A DNA stretch of 64,000 nucleotides from an uncultured Mycoplasmatota bacterium. Its GTDB lineage: Bacteria > Bacillota_I > Bacilli_A > RF39 > UBA660. Position 1 is the stretch's first letter. Each line of letters starts with the position of its first letter. Position numbers and translations under genes: made by a program. The DNA lies in assembly GCA_900548725.1 (NCBI GenBank), contig URLV01000001.1, positions 3,591 through 67,590 on the forward strand, written 5' to 3'. The notes under the pieces were generated by a model, which searched no databases, was not told the origin of the DNA, and saw only the letters and a list, made by a program, of their open reading frames with translations. Shown piece after piece: positions 61,234 through 64,000 of the stretch.

Positions 61234-61590
61234 TGGTGGAGCCGGTGAGAATTGAACTCACGTCCAAAATACTTTCTTATCCAACATCTACAAGTTTAGT
61301 TAGAACAAATTATTCATTAATAAAAAAGAGTCTAACAATCCTATTTATTAATATAGTTTATAAATATTCATCAATTATCCTAAACAAAACAATTGATATA
61401 TCTTATATATATGAACCCTAATCAAATCTATAAGCAAATAAGATTAAAGTGCTTTATTGCCAAATTAGGCAAATGCTAAAGCGTTATTATTAAATGTTTT
61501 GTCAGTTAATTTAAACTGGTTGCTAATTAAGGGATAGCACACCACTTGCAGTTAGATAGAAACATATCCTGTCGAAACCATTACGACCCC
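61234..61590 (-). ncRNA. ssrA: tmRNA (ssrA), tag (A)DKTFNNNALAFA
   Basis: The 5' end is GGGGTCGTAATGGTTTCGACAGGA. The 3' tRNA-like end is GGACGTGAGTTCAATTCTCACCGGCTCCACCA. The tag reading frame is UAACU-GAC AAA ACA UUU AAU AAU AAC GCU UUA GCA UUU GCC UAA, which parallels the B. subtilis layout. Confidence 0.85.
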
Positions 61591-61613
61591 ATGAATATAA
61601 TATACCACATTTA

Positions 61614-61913
61614 TTAATCATTATCAACTATCTTAATAATAAGTTCTCCATCTTTACTATATAAATATTTTTCTCTAGCATATTTAGCAACATAATCTGG
61701 ATCCTGTAACTTTTTCACATCAGTTTCAAGTACTTCTTTATCAGATAATAATTTACTATACTTAGTTTCTAAATCTTTCTTTTCCCTCTTATTTTTCATA
61801 ATCTCTTTCCAATACGTAATTGTAGTATAAGACATATAAGATATCAATAAAACAAAAATAGAAAACCATAAAAACATTCTTCTTTTAGCACCTTTATTAA
61901 CTTTTCTTTTCAT
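61614..61913 (-). CDS. divIC: septum formation initiator DivIC/FtsB family (start at ATG with RBS GGTGGAGAG)
   Basis: It has a single TM followed by a coiled coil (KKDLETKYSKLLSDKEVLETDVKKLQDPDYVAKYAREK). Its position after yabP-yabQ fits. Confidence 0.65.
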   Translation of the reverse strand: MKRKVNKGAKRRMFLWFSIFVLLISYMSYTTITYWKEIMKNKREKKDLETKYSKLLSDKEVLETDVKKLQDPDYVAKYAREKYLYSKDGELIIKIVDND

Positions 61914-61961
61914 ATACTCTCCACCATAATAATAATACCACAAAATTAAAAAATAATTAAA

Positions 61962-62183
61962 TTATTTATATATAAACATGTAAACAAATGTAAATATAAT
62001 AATAATATAATTATAAATATTATAACTACCATCATAATAAAAATAATATAAAGTTATATAACCAGCAAAAGATAAAATCAATAAAATATATTTCAACACT
62101 TTGCTAAACTTTATCTTTTTTATTAAATAAAACAATAAAAACCAATATAAAAACGTAATTAAAATATTAATAAATATTTTCAT
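61962..62183 (-). CDS. small membrane protein, YabQ-like by synteny
   Basis: It has two TM segments and overlaps the yabP stop. The order yabP-yabQ-divIC is conserved in spore formers. Confidence 0.35.
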   Translation of the reverse strand: MKIFINILITFLYWFLLFYLIKKIKFSKVLKYILLILSFAGYITLYYFYYDGSYNIYNYIIIIFTFVYMFIYK

Positions 62184-62476
62184 TTAAATAATTTGCTAAA
62201 GAATCCGTCTTCTTTTTCTCCATCGATACCATCTAAATAATTAACACTATTAATTTTACCTTTTATACATATATTACCATCATTAGTATCTAATTTTATT
62301 AATTCTAAATTACTACCTTTAATGACTAAATTACCCATAACAGTATTAATATGAAATTCATTTTCATTAAAATTATGTACTTTCTTAGTACCATTAATAA
62401 ATATATTACTACGTTCTAATATTTTAATACTATGACTAATTACATTACTATCAAAACTATTTTCCATTAATATCAC
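62180..62476 (-). CDS. yabP: sporulation protein YabP
   Basis: The sequence HSIKILERSNIFINGTKKVHNFNENEFHINTVMGNLVIKGSNLELIKLDTNDGNICIKGKINSVNY fits the YabP beta-repeat pattern. Confidence 0.6.
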   Translation of the reverse strand: MILMENSFDSNVISHSIKILERSNIFINGTKKVHNFNENEFHINTVMGNLVIKGSNLELIKLDTNDGNICIKGKINSVNYLDGIDGEKEDGFFSKLFK

Positions 62477-62530
62477 CTAATTAAATATATAAAATTATAT
62501 AAAAAAAAGACCAATTATAGGTCAATTTTA

Positions 62531-62788
62531 TTATTCAGCTTTATTATAAGCATCAATTATAGCATCTTCAAACATTTTTCTAGCATCAGAGTTGATTGGA
62601 TGAGCTATATCTTTATATTCACCAGTAGCAGTTTTTCTACTAGGCATAGCTATAAATAAACCGTTATCTCCTTCTATTATTCTAATATCATGAACAGCAA
62701 ATGAGTCATCTAATAAAATAGATGCTTTACCTTTCATTCTAGAGCCTTCTTTTTCAACTTTTTTTACATTTACAGATGTTATTTTCAT
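62531..62788 (-). CDS. spoVG: septation/sporulation regulator SpoVG
   Basis: The sequence MKITSVNVKKV...GKASILLDDSFAVHDIRIIEGDNGLFIAMPSRKTATGEYKDIAHPINSDARK is near-identical in pattern to B. subtilis SpoVG. Confidence 0.85.
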   Translation of the reverse strand: MKITSVNVKKVEKEGSRMKGKASILLDDSFAVHDIRIIEGDNGLFIAMPSRKTATGEYKDIAHPINSDARKMFEDAIIDAYNKAE

Positions 62789-62885
62789 AATTAACATGCA
62801 CTCCTTTCAAGTTTTATAAACTCTAACTACATTTTATTATAAATATTTCCTAATTGCAAGCATTTTGTCTAGCATTTCTATTATT

Positions 62886-63659
62886 TTATCTAGGATAACC
62901 TACATACATCATACCTTTTGATTTTAACCCACCAATTCCATCTTTACCATATTTAGTTTTGGATAATAAATCAATTAAATTAATATCCTTATCTTTTTCA
63001 GTAAGAGCTAAATTAATTGCAATAATAGCAGGGTCTAAAGCATGAATATTGATACGCTTAGGACTAGATGCAAAATTAGCGCCAGCCTTAATAAGAGCTT
63101 CATAATCACTTTGACAAGCACCAGCAATAATAACTAACTTTTCATGACTTTTCTCAAAATCTCTTGCCTTATATACAGCATTAACAAAATTTTTAGAATT
63201 TTTATAATTATTTATATCATTTACATCCTTTGATTTATTTATTGAATCATGGCCAGTAACAATTAAAATATCTGGTTTATATTTTTTTAATAACTTTAAT
63301 GTAATATTACCTATATCATTCTCATTAATATATTCACCAACTGCAAATACATTTGCTTTTTTATAAAATTCTAAACAACGATTTAAATAATCTCTATCTC
63401 CATCAATATGTAATATTTTAGCAGGCAAATAAAAATACTCACTTCTATCCATATTATCTCTAACAATAATATTTCTTACAAATTCTTCATCTTTATTTTG
63501 ATAATCACATTTAACTAAATCATCAACTTTAGCATCCGCAAACAATCTAATATCTACACCTTTTAATATAACTAAATCATCTTTAAAATCAACTATTTCA
63601 AAAATAGTATCATTGTTGTAGCTGTTTCTAGTAACATAGTCACCAACATTAAACTCCAT
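62886..63659 (-). CDS. yabG: sporulation-specific protease YabG (peptidase U57)
   Basis: Conserved motifs are DILIVTGHD and IIAGACQSDYEALIKAGANFASSP. It sits between ksgA and spoVG, as in Bacillus. Confidence 0.55.
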   Translation of the reverse strand: MEFNVGDYVTRNSYNNDTIFEIVDFKDDLVILKGVDIRLFADAKVDDLVKCDYQNKDEEFVRNIIVRDNMDRSEYFYLPAKILHIDGDRDYLNRCLEFYKKANVFAVGEYINENDIGNITLKLLKKYKPDILIVTGHDSINKSKDVNDINNYKNSKNFVNAVYKARDFEKSHEKLVIIAGACQSDYEALIKAGANFASSPKRINIHALDPAIIAINLALTEKDKDINLIDLLSKTKYGKDGIGGLKSKGMMYVGYPR

Positions 63660-63715
63660 TATATCACCTAATTAAATATATAAAAAATAAGAAAAAAAAG
63701 AACAAATAATATTAA

Positions 63716-64000
63716 TTATAAATTGTTTACAATCTCAACAAATATTTTATAATCAACATCTTCTGCTCTATTAGTTAAATTTAAATTATATTTTTTTAAT
63801 ATAGACTCTATTTTTTCCAAATCATAATTCTTTAAATTATTTTTTAAGTTTTTTCTTTTTTGCATAAAAGCATCATTAATAAACTTTTTATATTTAGAAA
63901 AACTGACTATATCTAACAAATCTTTTCTTTTATTAAATCTTATAACAGCACTATCTACGTTAGGAACTGGATAAAAATTATTTCTATCAACAGTAAATAA
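63716..64000 (-). CDS. rsmA: 16S rRNA (adenine1518/1519-N6)-dimethyltransferase RsmA/KsgA, C-terminal part (5' end beyond window)
   Basis: The minus-strand frame is open to the window edge, giving ...FYPVPNVDSAVIRFNKRK...FMQKRKNLKNNLK...LTNRAEDVDYKIFVEIVNNL. Confidence 0.7.
   Translation of the reverse strand, partial: LFTVDRNNFYPVPNVDSAVIRFNKRKDLLDIVSFSKYKKFINDAFMQKRKNLKNNLKNYDLEKIESILKKYNLNLTNRAEDVDYKIFVEIVNNL

Noticed and set aside
61233-61421. Plus-strand 62-aa ORF
   Set aside because: It lies entirely within the tmRNA gene on the opposite strand.

Overview
This window reads as a chromosomal segment of an extremely AT-rich Firmicute with a peptidoglycan wall. The GC content looks to be in the low 20s percent by eye; I could not compute it. 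Standard code 11 gives long uninterrupted ORFs, and most genes are on the minus strand. The right-hand end carries a sporulation-associated core with the synteny seen in spore-forming Firmicutes: ksgA'-yabG-spoVG-yabP-yabQ-divIC, followed by tmRNA. Other housekeeping genes I recognise are ligA, pcrA, smpB, rnr, secG, a FemAB-family gene, typA, ackA, an ABC-F ATPase, htpG, rubrerythrin next to a Fur/PerR-family regulator, hsp20, murD and a tRNA-Cys. Between these sit several accessory or unusual regions. (1) A roughly 300-bp module occurs twice in inverted orientation, about 10 kb apart. Each copy has its own conserved promoter, a small terminated RNA, and a convergent 24-aa hydrophobic peptide ORF behind a strong ribosome-binding site. 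This looks like a type I toxin-antitoxin architecture. (2) A minus-strand operon of uncharacterised genes ends in a fusion of a SpoT-like (p)ppGpp hydrolase domain with a P-loop nucleoside-kinase-like domain, followed by a HipA-like kinase. (3) Two giant cytoplasmic proteins of unknown function (1419 and 977 aa) are each followed by a small ORF that overlaps their stop. (4) An Abi_2 abortive-infection gene is bracketed by 40-bp direct repeats whose hairpin is kept intact by compensatory substitutions. (5) A mobile-element remnant carries a truncated TraG/VirD4-like coupling protein, MerR and XRE regulators, and one gene with visibly higher GC. (6) A TcdE/UviB-type holin stands alone without an endolysin. 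(7) A GGDEF domain and a Fic domain both have degenerate signature motifs. (8) A PP-loop gene overlaps murD, which suggests a MurD2/MurL-type pair. I found no rRNA, CRISPR array or transposase. Coordinates of short motifs may be off by 1-2 nt because they were counted by hand.
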